Assembly (NCBI GenBank): GCA_963668315.1
Contig: OY764216.1
Coordinates: forward strand, 3,904,001-3,968,000
Reading direction: 5' to 3'
Origin: Spirochaetia bacterium
GTDB lineage: Bacteria; Spirochaetota; Spirochaetia; DSM-2461
DNA length: 64,000 nt
The notes under the pieces were generated by a model, which ran no database searches, had not been told where the DNA came from, and worked only from the letters and a program-made list of their open reading frames with translations. Position numbers and translations under genes: made by a program. Below are positions 61,340 to 64,000 of this stretch, one piece after another. How positions within the stretch are numbered: the first letter of the stretch is position 1; every line of letters begins with the position of its first letter.

Positions 61340-64000
61340 TTATTTAACCAGAATGAACTCTACCCTCCGGTTTTTCCAGCTGTTTTCCGTATCGGAGAAT
61401 TCCACGACCGGATCGGTTCCTCCCCGGCCGATGAAGGAGAGACGGTTCTTGTCTATTCCCTGAGCGATCAGAGCATTCATAACCGTTTCGGCACGGGCTT
61501 CGCTCAAAGGCTGCAGCTCTTCGGCCTCCTCCTTCTTGGCCCTTTCAGCGTCGTACCAGAACACGCTGTTGGCATGACCTTCCACGACAACCTGGTAACG
61601 GTTGTACCGGCTGAGGATCTGGGCGATTCTGGTAAGGATCCACTCATTCTTGCTCCCCTTCTCACCGGTTGTTTCCAGATTGGCCTGACTGGGTTCGAAG
61701 GTAATGCTGGAGATCATAATCTTCAGATTGTCCCCGTCCCTGATGACCAGAACGTCAACGGGGATTTCTCCCTCTTTGACGGAAGTATTACCCATAACAT
61801 CGGTTACGGTCAGCTTCCAGGTATAATCTTCGGCAGACTGAACAAGTTCGCCCCGACTGCTCCGGCCGTCCCAGATGATTCGTCCGGTAGGCTTGCCCTT
61901 TCCGCCGTAGCTTATGAACTCGTTACCCTTGGGATCGAGTATCTCCATGCTCCACGATTCGACGGCACTGATGTCCTGAACCCCCATGGTGATGGTCAGT
62001 TCATCGTCCACATTGTCGTCATCGGGACTGAAGGGCAGAGGATTCATCACGACTCTGGTCTCCGGAGCGGAGTTGTCAAGAATGAACTGGGCCGTTTCGG
62101 CTTCAGGACTGTTTCCCTTGTTGTACACAACGGAATAGCGGGCCGTATAGGCGCCTTCGGTTATGACGCCGGAATCACCTTTGCCGTCCCAGAGAAAACT
62201 TTCAGGAGGTACTCCCGAGCCCTTTACGGTTTTGACAACGCCCCGGGTCTGATGAACCATTTCAAGGGTCCATTCGGATATGCCTTCGGTGAGCTTGGTG
62301 ACCATGGCGAATTCCTGGGTGGAAACATCCTCCTTACCCGAAGGTGAAAAGATGTCCCTTTCCGCAGTAAGGAAAATCTGAGTGGCCCGGCTGTCAATGA
62401 CCATGGGGCCGAAGCTTTTTTCCGTCCGGTTTCCCGCTTTATCCGTAGAAACAACCCGATAGGTATAGGAACCGTTGGGAAGAATATTACCCGAATTGTC
62501 ACGACCTTCCCAGAGAAGATTATTCAGCCTGTCCTTCCAGACCCAGCTGGCAACGGCTTCTCCGGACCTGTTCAGGATTTCACCGGTGAACAGCTCCTCA
62601 TTACTGGAGGACTGGGTAAGAAGAACCCCGTCCTTGTTGCCGTCCCCGTCGGGCGAGAAGAGAGTCAGATCGCCGCTGAGTTCAATCTCGGGATAAACAC
62701 GGTCAATCAGGATCTCGGGAGAGGAGACAGCGATGGAGTCACCCCTTTCCAGTTCGACAGTCAGGAAGAGATGGGTATAGCCGTCCATAACGGAACCGCC
62801 GTTCCAGCGGAAGGAAGAAGGAAGTCCTTCGCCCTCGCTTATTACGGCCATTTCAACGTTATCACGGTTGAGAGCCGTCAGTTTATGGCGGCTGACGGGA
62901 GAATCGCTGTTTCTCTTGACTCCGATGTTAACCGTCTCATTTATGCCGTCCCCGTTGGGCGAAAGAGATTCCCTGTCCAGGGTGAGGAATAGTTCCACAC
63001 TGGATGTATCGGCGGTAAAGGCGATATCCTGAGACCGGCCGTAATTACCGGCGCTGTCCTTTGTCTCCACATAGTAGGTAAAGGAGGCTTCTCCTGTTAC
63101 GCTGTTGCCGTTCTCGTAGAGTCCGTTCCAGCTGAGGGAGGAAGGTACCGTACCGTGCCACTGATAGGATTTAACGGTGTCCCCTGCTTCATCCTGTATG
63201 TATCCGTACCAGACCTGTTCTTCAGAACTGGACTGGCTGAATTTGATTTCGTCCCGGTTTCCGTCCCCGTCGGGGGAGAAGAGCAGCGGGGAAGCACTGA
63301 CACGTATCACCGGTTTCGTCGTATCAACGACAAAGGGAGGTGTATAGACTACGGGGGAGAATCCATTCTGATAGGAAGCGTCGAGACGCGCCTTGTAGGT
63401 GCCTTCCTTGAGCCAGCTTCCCGAAGCATCCTTACCGTCAAAGGTAATTCCCGACTGGGTTAGGAGGTCACGGCTGTTTCTCTGATTCCAGCTGCGGTAG
63501 ACCCTGCCGCTGTCATCAATGATATCGAGACTCCATTCGGCCAGTCCCTTCACAGTGGAAATGCTGAAACCTATCTCCACTTCGGATATATCGCTCTCCG
63601 TACCGGGAGAAAAGGAGGCACGGTCGATGGTCAGAGCCAGTTCGGGCTGAGCCGTATTGATGAGAATATTTCCCACCGAGGAGGAAACGCCGTTTCCCGC
63701 CCTGTCCGTGGTAGCCATAACATATTCATAAACACCGTCGGGAAGGACTTCGCCTTCGTCATCGGTACCGTCCCAGACCAATTCCTCCGGAGCCCCGTCG
63801 GACCAGGTAAAGGTACGGTAAACCTCTCCCGAGGCATCCCGGATCTCTCCGGTCCAGGTCTCTTCCGAAGAACCGGACTGGGGAATCGTCAGACTGTCCT
63901 TTCTTCCGTCTCCGTCGGGAGAGAAAATCAGGTCTGTTCCCGAAGGAGCCTCAACGGCCAGTTCGGGCGCCGTATTGTCAATATGAAAATAGGCCGGATT
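61340..64000 (-). CDS. Large FlgD-Ig-like repeat protein with C-terminal OmpA domain (5' end outside window)
   Basis: Repeated FSPDGDG...WDG...G.Y.Y...D.AGN modules; VEGHAN...LSEARA...NRRVEF; frame stays open to the window edge. Confidence 0.92.
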   Translation of the reverse strand, partial: NPAYFHIDNTAPELAVEAPSGTDLIFSPDGDGRKDSLTIPQSGSSEETWTGEIRDASGEVYRTFTWSDGAPEELVWDGTDDEGEVLPDGVYEYVMATTDRAGNGVSSSVGNILINTAQPELALTIDRASFSPGTESDISEVEIGFSISTVKGLAEWSLDIIDDSGRVYRSWNQRNSRDLLTQSGITFDGKDASGSWLKEGTYKARLDASYQNGFSPVVYTPPFVVDTTKPVIRVSASPLLFSPDGDGNRDEIKFSQSSSEEQVWYGYIQDEAGDTVKSYQWHGTVPSSLSWNGLYENGNSVTGEASFTYYVETKDSAGNYGRSQDIAFTADTSSVELFLTLDRESLSPNGDGINETVNIGVKRNSDSPVSRHKLTALNRDNVEMAVISEGEGLPSSFRWNGGSVMDGYTHLFLTVELERGDSIAVSSPEILIDRVYPEIELSGDLTLFSPDGDGNKDGVLLTQSSSNEELFTGEILNRSGEAVASWVWKDRLNNLLWEGRDNSGNILPNGSYTYRVVSTDKAGNRTEKSFGPMVIDSRATQIFLTAERDIFSPSGKEDVSTQEFAMVTKLTEGISEWTLEMVHQTRGVVKTVKGSGVPPESFLWDGKGDSGVITEGAYTARYSVVYNKGNSPEAETAQFILDNSAPETRVVMNPLPFSPDDDNVDDELTITMGVQDISAVESWSMEILDPKGNEFISYGGKGKPTGRIIWDGRSSRGELVQSAEDYTWKLTVTDVMGNTSVKEGEIPVDVLVIRDGDNLKIMISSITFEPSQANLETTGEKGSKNEWILTRIAQILSRYNRYQVVVEGHANSVFWYDAERAKKEEAEELQPLSEARAETVMNALIAQGIDKNRLSFIGRGGTDPVVEFSDTENSWKNRRVEFILVK

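Overview
64 kb of a bacterial chromosome, most likely a free-living spirochaete. This is inferred from a P83/100-family protein, a fused PyrBI, a short P115-type SMC, a large FlgD-Ig/OmpA protein and several genes I associate with spirochaetes. About 1-8 kb is a visibly more AT-rich, decaying accessory region. It holds a pseudogenised alpha/beta hydrolase, a PAS/HD-GYP phosphodiesterase, a class II lysS with a large internal deletion, a MerR/CMD pair, DsrE, HD and several GNAT genes. About 8-16.5 kb holds a TetR-GH1-GPH sugar uptake operon, a methyltransferase and a large fused acyl-CoA dehydratase activase. The rest is mostly core genes: mfd, metK, rpmB, a U32 protein, gpgS, smc, nfeD-floA, moxR-DUF58-transglutaminase-PQQ propeller, a Crp pair, PHP-M23, PBP1A, pyrBI, p83/100 and ompA-like, plus one IS1-like element. 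Most notable: (1) a complete Lys-codon leader-peptide attenuator before lysS, apparently leaderless; (2) pervasive leaderless gene starts; (3) an unexplained ~100-nt rod-shaped RNA with a C-rich loop before a terminator; (4) an M20-fold protein lacking catalytic residues, overlapping gpgS; (5) candidate SahR-like operator and SD-sequestering hairpin at metK. No rRNA, tRNA or CRISPR array was seen. All family calls are from motif recognition by eye, with no database search.
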